Origin: a virus
Taxonomy: Duplodnaviria; Caudoviricetes
DNA length: 64,000 nucleotides
Direction: 5' to 3' (one strand)
IMG/VR virus record: IMGVR_UViG_3300035498_000877
Coordinates: 64,001-128,000 of that record
Shown: positions 1-9,504 of the stretch, one piece after another
Numbering within the stretch: the first letter of the stretch is position 1
Layout: each line of letters starts with the position of its first letter
Position numbers and translations under genes: made by a program
Notes under the pieces: model-generated
Told to the model about the DNA's origin: nothing
What the model saw: the letters and a program-made list of their open reading frames with translations, nothing else
Database searches by the model: none

Positions 1-1
1 T

Positions 2-532
2 TCTGAGACAGATGAAGGTATTGCATTCAATGAGTCTAATCATACAGCAGAATGTATTTATGTAATGCATGATCGTTCTGGTGCACAGGTAGAACGTGCA
101 GTACTTCTTGCAGATATGTATCCAAAGGCAATCTCTCAGTCAAAGATTCTTGACATGGGTGAGGGTGGATCACATGATAATGTAACATATGATATTGCAT
201 TCAACTGTGTAGTCTATAGGTCTCCTATTATTACAGCAATTGCAAATGATCTTTTGAAGCAGTATAGAATTGTATCTAATTCACTTAACTTCAATCCTGA
301 ACTTGGTGATGCTATTTATGGTGCAAACAATACTAGCTTATTCCAGAGATCACTTGGTGCTGTTCCAGTTGATAGTGCTACAGGTACTAATATTGGTAAT
401 ACACCTGCATTCTATGCTACTAACACTCCTAAGACAGTTACTTCTGATCTTGTGGATATTAATGAAGGTAAACTTGCAGGTCAGTCTGGTCGTACGGTTA
501 GCAATGATTGGTCTAACTTCGTATCTGAATAA
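2..532 (+). CDS. 5'-truncated jumbo-phage virion protein, possibly tail tube
   Basis: Frame is open from base 2 (SETDEGIAFNESNHTAECIYVMHDRSG...). VERAVLLADMYP resembles jumbo-myophage tube proteins from memory. Confidence 0.45.
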   Translation, partial: SETDEGIAFNESNHTAECIYVMHDRSGAQVERAVLLADMYPKAISQSKILDMGEGGSHDNVTYDIAFNCVVYRSPIITAIANDLLKQYRIVSNSLNFNPELGDAIYGANNTSLFQRSLGAVPVDSATGTNIGNTPAFYATNTPKTVTSDLVDINEGKLAGQSGRTVSNDWSNFVSE

Positions 533-541
533 TTAATAATA

Positions 542-569
542 AAAGAGAGGGATATTAATCCCTCTCTTT
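542..569. terminator. Intrinsic terminator hairpin (AGAGGG...CCCTCT family)
   Basis: aaagagaggga-tattaa-tccctctcttt directly after the stop codon. Confidence 0.75.
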
Positions 570-599
570 ATTTTAACCGTTTTATTAAAAAGAAAGGAA

Positions 600-821
600 G
601 TGAATATCATGAAAATAACATGTCCAAAATGTGGCAGTGATAATATTATATCAGTTAATAATTCTCATTATATATGTAATAATCAATCTTGTATGAAAAG
701 AAATGGAACCAAGGTCCAATTTAAAATAGTCTATGATAAAGGAATTAAATTTCCATATAATCAAATATTTGTAGATAGATCAGAAAAAGAATTTTTCAAT
801 AAACCTTATCTAGTAATATAA
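600..821 (+). CDS. Small zinc-ribbon protein
   Basis: CPKC...CNNQSC; aggaag SD upstream. Confidence 0.6.
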   Translation: MNIMKITCPKCGSDNIISVNNSHYICNNQSCMKRNGTKVQFKIVYDKGIKFPYNQIFVDRSEKEFFNKPYLVI

Positions 822-834
822 AAAGAAAGAGGAG

Positions 835-1398
835 TTAATCCTCTTTCTTTTTTTCTGTTATATTTGGATTCAAATAATATGATGGTAATTTAGCTCTATA
901 TTTTGAACATACAACAAATGTTGGTTTCCATATTAAAGATGTTGGCCATGTTCCTTCAGATTTCTGTTCATCATATGCATCTATTATATTATCAATTGAT
1001 TTTTTGGTTTGTTCTTCAACAGCACACAAAGATGAATAAGCACATGTATCACAGATATAATTTATCTTTTTCTGATATTTAATATCTAATACTTTATCTA
1101 AGCTAAAATATTCACCTTCATATCCATATTCACATGGAGCAATATATCCCTCATCATGTTCATCATCTTCAATTGGTAACATATCTTTACTGATAAATGT
1201 ACCATAGAAATCAACCAGTATATCTTTATTATATTTATATCGACATGGGGTTCCATCAGATGAAGAATCACCTAGTTCATATAAATTATATTCAGCTGGT
1301 ATACTATTTCTTTCAATTCTGCTATCGCAGAAATATCCATCTACTCCTTTAATATTCATTTTACACCAGTCTTTTATTTCCATTGCATTATATCTCAT
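835..1398 (-). CDS. LPD28-like domain protein with Cys-containing C-terminus
   Basis: FCDSRIERNSIP..YNLYEL..DG.P...ILVDFYGTFI resembles large polyvalent protein domain 28. Confidence 0.55.
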   Translation of the reverse strand: MRYNAMEIKDWCKMNIKGVDGYFCDSRIERNSIPAEYNLYELGDSSSDGTPCRYKYNKDILVDFYGTFISKDMLPIEDDEHDEGYIAPCEYGYEGEYFSLDKVLDIKYQKKINYICDTCAYSSLCAVEEQTKKSIDNIIDAYDEQKSEGTWPTSLIWKPTFVVCSKYRAKLPSYYLNPNITEKKKED

Positions 1399-1400
1399 AT

Positions 1401-1535
1401 TTATATCCTTTCTTTTACTATTTTATACATTCCTCTAGCTTCTTTAAGCAGTTTCTTCTTTTTCTTTTTACATTTTTCTTTGTAGATTTTTTCTTTAGGA
1501 TTTTCTTCAAATTTTATTTTTTCAGGTTCATACAT
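1401..1535 (-). CDS. Small Lys-rich protein (44 aa, not in ORF track)
   Basis: MYEPEKIKFEENPKEKIYKEKCKKKKKKLLKEARGMYKIVKERI*; aaagga SD; abuts the next gene. Confidence 0.4.
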   Translation of the reverse strand: MYEPEKIKFEENPKEKIYKEKCKKKKKKLLKEARGMYKIVKERI

Positions 1536-1610
1536 TTTATCACATCCTTTCTATATTTATAATATATAATTATACTTATATTTAAAAAATTAAAAAGGAG
1601 GTTTTATATT

Positions 1611-2003
1611 ATGCATGAAACCATTAATTTGACACCTGTTATTGGAGCAATACTTGTATGTATCATATTTCCTCTTGTTGCTACTGGAGTAAAATATTTA
1701 TCAAGTAAAGCATCTGAAGAAAAGCTAGCAGAGATTTCACAATATGTACATATTGCTGTAACAGCAGCAGAACAATTATATCAGTCTGGTCAGATAAAAC
1801 GTGAAGAGCGTCATGAATATGTTGAATCAGTTTTAAAATCTAAAGGTATTGATATTGATTTAGATGAGATCGATGCATTAATAGAAAGTAATGTATTATA
1901 TTTGCCTAAATTACTATCACCTGTAGAATCTGTAACAGCTGAATTATCAGAAGTTAAAAATGATGATGAATCAACAACTTCAAAAGAAAATACAACTGAA
2001 TAA
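1611..2003 (+). CDS. Phage holin, LL-H family
   Basis: One N-terminal TM helix, AVTAAEQLY and IDALIESNV motifs; aggagg SD. Confidence 0.75.
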   Translation: MHETINLTPVIGAILVCIIFPLVATGVKYLSSKASEEKLAEISQYVHIAVTAAEQLYQSGQIKREERHEYVESVLKSKGIDIDLDEIDALIESNVLYLPKLLSPVESVTAELSEVKNDDESTTSKENTTE

Positions 2004-2033
2004 TAGAAGAGGGATCTTAATCCCTCTTCTATT
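2002..2033. terminator. Bidirectional terminator between convergent holin and RT
   Basis: aatagaagagggat-ctta-atccctcttctatt. Confidence 0.75.
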
Positions 2034-2035
2034 TA

Positions 2036-3199
2036 TTATATTTCTAAATATTCTAAATCATTTTCATGAATTAGCTCATAAATATAATTATAAAATTCAG
2101 GATCATCTTTTTTAATATTTTTAAGTTTCTTTTTAAAATTCTTATATTTATCATTTTCTGATATTTTAGAATGACATAATTCTATATCTACATATGGTTC
2201 AACAAAACCTTTCACCATATAATATATATCACAGTGATTTAGATTGCCCATGTATGATTCAATAGCTCTAGCATCAATTAATCGGATTCTATGATTTTTA
2301 TTAATTGTCATTGCTCTTCTAGTAAATCTCAGCATTGTTGATTTTCTAAGTTCTGTTCTATCCCTAAAAAATCTAAACCCGATAAAATCAAGATCTCTAC
2401 CATAATGAACACCATTTTGAATATAATCAAATCTAAATAATTGATAATTATGCTTTAATTCTAAATGTAAATTATCTTTTACATAATCTTGTATATTATA
2501 AAGCACATTATGTAATTTATATTTATTAGAATCAAATAAAGCCATATCATCCATAAATCTAGCATAGTGAGTAACTCCACACACTTCTTTAATCCAGTGA
2601 TCAAAATCTTGCATATAAAAATTAGCAAACCATTGGGACGTAAAAAAGCCTAATGGGAGACCATGATCTATGGTCCCCAATATGGCTTTAATCAATCTTA
2701 ATACTTTTGCATCTTTAATTTTAGTAGCTAATTTTTCATATAATATATCTTGATCAATAGAATCAAAGAAATGATGTATATCCATTTTAACACAATATTT
2801 TACATGCCGTGGGTCTTCTTTTATCCATTGTTTTATCTTTTTAGCACATTTATGTTGTCCTCTTCCAGGAATTGATGCATATGATAATTCATACATCTGA
2901 GACATTAATACAGGCATAATAGCTTGTATTAACATATGTTGAATTATCAATTCCATATATGTAGGAATATAAAGTTTTCGTTCTTTCTTAGTAGTTGGCT
3001 CAAATATTATTATAGCCGTATGTTCCTTAGGTTCATATGCTTCAGCATATTCAACTATTATAGGATAAAATGTATCAGGGTCATCTAAGATTTTTTGTAC
3101 TGATTCTCTGTCTCTCTTACGTTTTGAGGAATTTTTAATAGCTAATAATACATTCTCATAGCTAATTAAAGTATCCCATAAATTTTTATATGTTTTCAA
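2036..3199 (-). CDS. DGR reverse transcriptase
   Basis: KMDIHHFFDSI, GLPLGFFTSQWFAN (DGR-type SQ motif), YARFMDD, DFIGFRF; adjacent TR/VR pair. Confidence 0.95.
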   Translation of the reverse strand: MKTYKNLWDTLISYENVLLAIKNSSKRKRDRESVQKILDDPDTFYPIIVEYAEAYEPKEHTAIIIFEPTTKKERKLYIPTYMELIIQHMLIQAIMPVLMSQMYELSYASIPGRGQHKCAKKIKQWIKEDPRHVKYCVKMDIHHFFDSIDQDILYEKLATKIKDAKVLRLIKAILGTIDHGLPLGFFTSQWFANFYMQDFDHWIKEVCGVTHYARFMDDMALFDSNKYKLHNVLYNIQDYVKDNLHLELKHNYQLFRFDYIQNGVHYGRDLDFIGFRFFRDRTELRKSTMLRFTRRAMTINKNHRIRLIDARAIESYMGNLNHCDIYYMVKGFVEPYVDIELCHSKISENDKYKNFKKKLKNIKKDDPEFYNYIYELIHENDLEYLEI

Positions 3200-3375
3200 T
3201 TTTATCTTTTGTTATATAAATATCCAAAAAATGCCTAAAAATCACCTTGGCCACTTTCACCTTTCGGCTACTCACAGCATTTGTCGGGTCAATTTCCACC
3301 GATGGGTGTGGATGATACCGTGCATTATTATCACTTATTCCAATTCCAAAAGTAAGTACTAACTTACTTGTGATT
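3200..3375 (-). ncRNA. DGR spacer RNA between TR and RT (probable cDNA-priming structure)
   Basis: Relatively GC-rich non-coding segment (ccacacccatcggtgg...gtgagtagccgaaaggtgaaagtggcc) in the position of the DGR spacer. Confidence 0.55.
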
Positions 3376-3485
3376 TTTAGGAGAGCCGCCGTAGTTCCAG
3401 TTCGAGTCAGAAACCACACCAGAGAGATCCACGCACACCAAGCCCACATGAGACTCATTGTTCGTGTTGCCACCAAATTTCGCGA
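3376..3485 (-). repeat. DGR template repeat (TR)
   Basis: Aligns ungapped with 3994-4103. All 13 mismatches are T on + (A on the coding strand). Reads AKFGGNTNNESHVGLVCVDLSGVVSDSNWNYGGSPK in the VR frame. Confidence 0.95.
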
Positions 3486-3858
3486 TTCACACAGTACCAC
3501 CCAATATCGTTCCCTGAGCATTTGAAAATTAATAGCAATATACCTGGAATAAAAGATATATAATTTAATAGCTCACATGTCATAGCTCAGATCTTAGAAC
3601 ATTATTTGATATTTATATTTTTGAAACTTCATTAATAGTTACATAAATTATTTTATATAAAATAATTTTGATATAATTAGTAGAGTTCATTTACTCTAAA
3701 AGAAAATATAATATTATATAAATATTATATAAATATTATCTTAATATTTTCTCAATATAAATAAATATATTCTAAATATATCAAAATAATATATAATTAA
3801 ATAATATTGTATATTTTTAAAATATTTTTATTATGAATTTTATAAAAATAAATATAAA

Positions 3859-3936
3859 ATATCGAGGGAGATAATCTCCCTCGATATGATATCTTGATTT
3901 TTTATTATATAAGAGGGGACACAATAGTTTCCCCTC
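3859..3936 (-). promoter_or_regulatory. Two hairpins downstream of VR1 (DGR homing hairpin and/or terminator)
   Basis: atatcgagggaga-taa-tctccctcgatat and gagggga...tcccctc, about 35-110 bp past the target stop codon. Confidence 0.6.
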
Positions 3937-3969
3937 TCACTTCGTGATTCACCCTTTACAGATTTTCAT

Positions 3970-5493
3970 CTAAGCTGTCTTTTTAGGTAAACATTTAGGA
4001 GAGCCGCCGTAGGCCCAGAACGAGGCAGAAACCACACCAGAGAGATCCACGCACACCAAGCCCACAGGAGACTCAACGCTCGTGTCGCCACCAAAGGCCG
4101 CGACATCTACTTGAGAGTTGTTAAACCAAGCTCCAGATGTATAATAAGTTGACGCACTACCAGATACCTCTTTAATGAATATACCATTTTCAGTAAATGT
4201 CATACTCTTTAGATAACCACCATTAGTACCAGATGGTGTAGAACCAATATTAATATATCCATCACCAGTAAAGTTATATCCTTCTACTGTACTACCATCT
4301 TCGGTACCATAAGTAAGTTTTACTAACTGAGTACCTTTATTATTTATTAATCCATACATCCATCTCCATATATTACCCCAGAAATTCTCAATACCAAATA
4401 TTTTAACACCTGATACATTATCTGTTGTACCCCAGAATAAACCTTTTTGATCCATAGTACCTGATTTAATTTGTCCAGTATTAGAAGTAGATTTATAAGA
4501 ATTATTATTACCTCTACCAAATGCTGTTTTAGAATCAGTAGTCTTGCTAATTAATAGTGATAATAGTACTATTAATAACCAATCACTATATGTATTCATA
4601 CTCCATATATTGTCACCATTTTGATTATTTGCAGCTGCATATTCAGCAGTCTGTGTTGCATTAATATAATTGGCTACTGATAAACCGCTGATAGATCTTA
4701 ATACACTATCTACATTACTACCATCATATGCTGGCATATACATATATGGTACTTCATCGCCATAATTGTTTATATGAGCCCATGCATGATAATTAGTATC
4801 TACTTGTTTATTTGATATATAAACATTTACACTATCATCTGTTTGTAATACAAGTTTAAAATATACCTTTGGTATACCAACCATTACATTACCTGCAACA
4901 GTAGTATCTGAATTATATGCATCCTCTCCACTAATAGTTTTAGTATAATCATTTGGATCTAATAGATATGCCTCAGTACCATCATAATTCAACATGCATG
5001 GTCTAAGATTCTTTATAAAGAATGCATTACCCCAATCACCATAATCAAATACATCATTATCATAATCCATATGTGCTGCAGTATAATTTGTATTTTGGCC
5101 AATATATGATATCATACTATTAGGATCAGATGTCGATTGATTAAGATTGAATCCATATATTTCAGCATCCCTAATAGTTACTGTTCCAGTGTTTGAATCA
5201 CTATTAACCTCGATTACCATTTTGCTAATTAAATCATTGAACATTGTAGAAATATAATCATCTAATCCCAAATTATCCCTACCAAATTGCTTCTCTTCAT
5301 CAGTCAAATTTTGTTCTTCTGTAACATCTAATGCTTTATAATTTTCCACATTATCCAATCCAATATCGGATTTAGTAATATTATGTGGATTTGATGCTTG
5401 TATATGTTTTTCTATTCTAGTCTTACTATCCTTTTTACTTAATTTAACTAAATCACGAATTGAATTGGTACCAATATACTTATTATTACTCAT
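3970..5493 (-). CDS. DGR target: fibre/receptor-binding protein with C-type-lectin-like C-terminus
   Basis: N-terminal NPHNITKSDIGLDNVEN fibre motif; GIENFWGNIWRW CLec/FGE-type motif; VR at the 3' end. Confidence 0.85.
   Translation of the reverse strand: MSNNKYIGTNSIRDLVKLSKKDSKTRIEKHIQASNPHNITKSDIGLDNVENYKALDVTEEQNLTDEEKQFGRDNLGLDDYISTMFNDLISKMVIEVNSDSNTGTVTIRDAEIYGFNLNQSTSDPNSMISYIGQNTNYTAAHMDYDNDVFDYGDWGNAFFIKNLRPCMLNYDGTEAYLLDPNDYTKTISGEDAYNSDTTVAGNVMVGIPKVYFKLVLQTDDSVNVYISNKQVDTNYHAWAHINNYGDEVPYMYMPAYDGSNVDSVLRSISGLSVANYINATQTAEYAAANNQNGDNIWSMNTYSDWLLIVLLSLLISKTTDSKTAFGRGNNNSYKSTSNTGQIKSGTMDQKGLFWGTTDNVSGVKIFGIENFWGNIWRWMYGLINNKGTQLVKLTYGTEDGSTVEGYNFTGDGYINIGSTPSGTNGGYLKSMTFTENGIFIKEVSGSASTYYTSGAWFNNSQVDVAAFGGDTSVESPVGLVCVDLSGVVSASFWAYGGSPKCLPKKTA
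3994..4103 (-). repeat. DGR variable repeat VR1
   Basis: Encodes AAFGGDTSVESPVGLVCVDLSGVVSASFWAYGGSPK; A-to-N substitutions relative to TR. Confidence 0.95.
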
Positions 5494-5563
5494 ATTAATA
5501 CCATTCCTTTCATAATTAAATATGTTTATATAGCTATTATAAAAATGTAGGATACATCTTTAC

Positions 5564-7804
5564 TCATTGATTATCTACATATTTAGCTAGTGCTGCACAT
5601 TCCAATAGTTTTAATTCATACAACTCATTATCATCTATTACCAATAAAGCCCAATCATCTGGTACATTATTTATCCTTGGTATAAGATTAAAAGATTCAT
5701 ATTTCAAATATAAATTATTCCAATAATAAACATTAGCTAGTGCCTCAGCAATCATTTGTATACATGTGAATGTTGCTTTCTTATTTGGAGTTCCAAATAC
5801 TGTATGACCTAAGGCTGAACATGAAGCACAATCATTTCCAATTGGACAATCAAAACAAATATCATTAGTCTGAGATCTTCTAGTAATTGAATCGAGTAAT
5901 TTTAATACTTCTGAATCTTGTTCTCGTCCAACTAACCCATCATCAATATTTCCAATGCATAGATCTTTAACATCATTTCCTACAGATGTTGGCATATACC
6001 TGATACATGGATAGAATTGTCCATTAGGTCTTAATGCTAACATTGATCCAGTACCTCCACAGAAATTAGAATCATTATGTTTTGCTTCTTTATCCTCCTG
6101 CTTCTCATTAAATATAGATATATAAATATGCTCTAGATTATTAGATATTAAATATCGAGCAAGTTTCTTTAATTGATAATACTCAGTAGCTGCAGTATCT
6201 CTAGTCCATCCTTCCTCAAATACACAATTCATATTTATACATTTCATGTCATTCTTAATAAAGTCTACTACTGAATCATATAAATACATTATATTAGATG
6301 GAGCTAATGTCATCTTAGAATTTCTTTCAGAAGTATAATTCTTATTATAATGATTTAATGCTGCTATATCAATATCATATGATCCTTCTCCATTAGGTTG
6401 TATTCTACAAGAATCATGCAATTGTTTATTTCCATCTATTGATATATTGAATGAAATATTATGTGCATATTCTTTGAAGAATTCTTGTACTTCATCATCA
6501 AAATATTGCATACCATTAGAGCATATAGATAATCTATGTAAAGCAAACCAAGGATGATTTAATTTATAACACTGATCCAAAAAATATTCATAGATCTGTT
6601 TAATCAATTCAATTTCCAATAATGGCTCTCCACCAATAAATTCAATAATAATTGCAGGTGAATTATATCTATTTATATATCCATATTTATCAGCTAATAG
6701 ATTATCTACGAACTTCTTTGCAGTATCAAATGACATTCTATCATTAGTCTTATTAAACTGATAGCAGTATGTACAATTATGGACCACTGCATTATTAGCA
6801 ATATATGTATGACAAGTAGTTGTTAGATTACAAACAGTTCCAGAATCACATGCTTCTAATTTTTCAATCATAACACTATTGCTGGGGACGATCTGAATAC
6901 GTTTATCTATCAAGAAAACAAATAAATCATTATCATCTATAATTTGTTTAAATGGTTTAAATTCTCCATTTGAAGTTAAGAATGGATGATCATCTGTAAC
7001 TCTAAATAATTCTCTTCCTGAAGACTTGTCCTTCACAATATTTAGTGGCTCATACATACGCCACATATTTGTCACTATATATGGCTTAAAGTATTTGAAG
7101 TCATGATATTTTTTAGCATCACTTTCATCAATACCTAAAATTTCATCTCCACAACTAATATCTTCTATATTCTTTTCTGTCCAGTCAGCCATCAGAATTT
7201 TAGTTCCCATAGCAAAACAATTCAAAGAACATCTTTCAGTTACTTGGAAAGTAAAATTATGACAGAATACATCAGCATCGTCACCGCATCCAACTTGATC
7301 TTGTCTTTTATTTGAAAATAATTCTGGATATGCTTTAGCAATTGCATTATTATATGAATCAGTAGTAAATCTGAAATACTGATCTGGAAATATATCTAAT
7401 ACATCATTATCTGGTATCAAATTATCAACTGTTTGTAAAAATTCAACATCATCAGATAATAGTAACATCTTATATTTGCAATACATTGTATCGATTTCTA
7501 CATTCTGGATCAACATATCTTTGATTGGCATATCATTATTTTTAGATACTGATTGCAAAATATCAATTGCTATATTAGAAAACATTGATCTGAGCTGCAT
7601 ACTAGATTCAGTAAATTCTTTTCTCAAATCCGGAATCTTATCTAAATCATAATTGTGTTTAACCATATATTTCATTCTAAACAATAATGCGTCAATTTCA
7701 AGTGATAATCTATCTAATCTGTAATCTTTGTATTTCTCTAATACAAATTTATCAAATTGAACTTTGTATAATGTAATATCTTTTTCTAATAAATGAGTTT
7801 TCAT
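5564..7804 (-). CDS. Radical SAM/SPASM peptide maturase (Cxxx-repeat-target type), intein-containing
   Basis: After intein removal TFQVTERCSLNCTYCY; FIGGEPLL, SIDG, FCGG..ML..G.FYPC and CFDC...C..C SPASM cysteines. Confidence 0.85.
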   Translation of the reverse strand: MKTHLLEKDITLYKVQFDKFVLEKYKDYRLDRLSLEIDALLFRMKYMVKHNYDLDKIPDLRKEFTESSMQLRSMFSNIAIDILQSVSKNNDMPIKDMLIQNVEIDTMYCKYKMLLLSDDVEFLQTVDNLIPDNDVLDIFPDQYFRFTTDSYNNAIAKAYPELFSNKRQDQVGCGDDADVFCHNFTFQVTERCSLNCFAMGTKILMADWTEKNIEDISCGDEILGIDESDAKKYHDFKYFKPYIVTNMWRMYEPLNIVKDKSSGRELFRVTDDHPFLTSNGEFKPFKQIIDDNDLFVFLIDKRIQIVPSNSVMIEKLEACDSGTVCNLTTTCHTYIANNAVVHNCTYCYQFNKTNDRMSFDTAKKFVDNLLADKYGYINRYNSPAIIIEFIGGEPLLEIELIKQIYEYFLDQCYKLNHPWFALHRLSICSNGMQYFDDEVQEFFKEYAHNISFNISIDGNKQLHDSCRIQPNGEGSYDIDIAALNHYNKNYTSERNSKMTLAPSNIMYLYDSVVDFIKNDMKCINMNCVFEEGWTRDTAATEYYQLKKLARYLISNNLEHIYISIFNEKQEDKEAKHNDSNFCGGTGSMLALRPNGQFYPCIRYMPTSVGNDVKDLCIGNIDDGLVGREQDSEVLKLLDSITRRSQTNDICFDCPIGNDCASCSALGHTVFGTPNKKATFTCIQMIAEALANVYYWNNLYLKYESFNLIPRINNVPDDWALLVIDDNELYELKLLECAALAKYVDNQ
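6776..7219 (-). mobile_element. Mini-intein (148 aa, no endonuclease domain)
   Basis: Starts CFAMGTKILMAD, block B TDDHPF, ends YIANNAVVHN followed by +1 Cys. Confidence 0.92.
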
Positions 7805-7898
7805 TTATAAATCCCTCCTATAACATATTAGAATGAACGTTGATTAATTCGACGATTAAAATAGAAGAGGGACTAATATCCCTCTTCTATATTTTAAT

Positions 7899-9461
7899 TT
7901 ACTGATTAGAATCTTCACTATCTTTATCTTCTGAACCAGATGTTTCATCAACTGCTTTATCTTCATTTGAATCATTATCATTTTTAGTAGGTTCAGTATC
8001 TACATCTTCATCCTCTTGACCAGATTCAGTATCTTTATCTGATTCATTTGAATCTGTATTATCTGTAGGATCAGTAGTTTCAGAATTATCTGCCTCTGAT
8101 GTATCTGGTACTTCAGTTTCTTTATTATCATCTTCATTATCAGATGAATTATCACTGTTATCTGTATCTCCTTCTGATGGAGTTTCAGGAATTTCACTTT
8201 CAATAGGTGGATTCAGTATTTCATTATTGTTGTATAAATCAGTCAACTTATTAATTGCATTATATATTCCATTAAGTTGGAATTTAATTGTATCAATTTC
8301 ATTTTTGAGTTGAATATCTCCATTCTGAAGCTTCATTATTTTTGAATCAAATTCTTCAAAATTGATATCCTGTTCTTTATTTGTAGAAGCTGCTGGTACT
8401 ACTGGGACATTTGTATTAATATTAGATACTACTTCATCAGTATTATCATAAGCATCTTCTAAGAATGGAACTTGTAATACTTTTGCTATCTCAGTTGTAT
8501 CATTAACTATCATACAATCATTCTTGAATATATTAATTCTGAATACAATTCTATGACCTGGGTTAATAACAAATCTTCTATTAACATGAATTACGCCACA
8601 TGGTAATAGAGCAATCTGAGCTCTTGGATCATTAATCTCCTGAGCATGTAATATAATATTATCACCTGACTGAGTAAAGTGATAGAATCTATTGAATGAT
8701 GACATCAATGGAGGTGATATCAAACCATTAGTAGTTAATGATTCAGGACCACCAATTCTTTGAACTCTCTGATGTTCATTGTGATAGTTCCAAATATTTT
8801 TATCATTACTAAATAAATATTCTGGTATTGGATTATAAGGAACTCCTTCTGGCCAAGCTTCTCTATAAGGTTGACATTGCTGAAGCTGTTTAGCTTTAGG
8901 AACATCAGCTCTTAATGTTTCATAGAATAACTGAACTTTAGTAATTCTAAATAACATCTGTTCCATACCATATGTGAAGCTGTTAACAGTACTAACCAAT
9001 GTGCTACTGAAGTTGGTTATAAGAGCATTATCATTAATATCTCTTCCATTAATGTCAAGATAATATTCCCTATCAAATATTCTGAGATCCTCTGACATCT
9101 TTCTTAATATTTGTCCAGTATGAGAGTTTTCTATCTGATAGTTTACTCGAACAATAATTCCTCTTCTGAGAGTATTAAACTGATGATTCATTGCATATCC
9201 ATAATTAGCAATTGTATTAACCAATCTCTTATACATAGAACTATTTCCTTCAACTGCCGGTAATGAAGTACTAGCCCTTCTACCTATATCATCAATATTA
9301 AGATCTATGATTGCTCTCATTGAATCTTCTTGATTGATTGATATTTCACTTTTAATTATAGATCTATCTATCTGTGGAAACTGTTCTTTATCAGCATACT
9401 CAGATAATAGATATGGTATTCCATTCACATCAACGAATACATTTGTATGTTTATCTGACAT
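7899..9461 (-). CDS. Hypothetical (likely virion) protein with coiled coil and long acidic tail
   Basis: 520-aa ORF, aggaga SD, D/E/S/T-rich C-terminus. Confidence 0.6.
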   Translation of the reverse strand: MSDKHTNVFVDVNGIPYLLSEYADKEQFPQIDRSIIKSEISINQEDSMRAIIDLNIDDIGRRASTSLPAVEGNSSMYKRLVNTIANYGYAMNHQFNTLRRGIIVRVNYQIENSHTGQILRKMSEDLRIFDREYYLDINGRDINDNALITNFSSTLVSTVNSFTYGMEQMLFRITKVQLFYETLRADVPKAKQLQQCQPYREAWPEGVPYNPIPEYLFSNDKNIWNYHNEHQRVQRIGGPESLTTNGLISPPLMSSFNRFYHFTQSGDNIILHAQEINDPRAQIALLPCGVIHVNRRFVINPGHRIVFRINIFKNDCMIVNDTTEIAKVLQVPFLEDAYDNTDEVVSNINTNVPVVPAASTNKEQDINFEEFDSKIMKLQNGDIQLKNEIDTIKFQLNGIYNAINKLTDLYNNNEILNPPIESEIPETPSEGDTDNSDNSSDNEDDNKETEVPDTSEADNSETTDPTDNTDSNESDKDTESGQEDEDVDTEPTKNDNDSNEDKAVDETSGSEDKDSEDSNQ

Positions 9462-9504
9462 AATTTTATTCTCCTTTCAAAAAATAAATATTGTTATATT
9501 GGGG

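Larger units (their letters stand above)
2036..5493 (-). mobile_element. Diversity-generating retroelement (target-VR, hairpins, TR, spacer, RT); no avd seen
   Basis: RT plus a 110-bp TR/VR pair differing only at TR adenines. Confidence 0.93.

Noticed and set aside
2036-3199. RT as group II intron, retron or Abi RT
   Set aside because: The SQ motif, size and adjacent A-specific TR/VR pair identify it as a DGR RT; no maturase or endonuclease domain.
3186-3521. 111-aa ORF over TR as a possible Avd
   Set aside because: It is an alternative-frame reading of TR and spacer, is Trp-rich and lacks the helical character of Avd.
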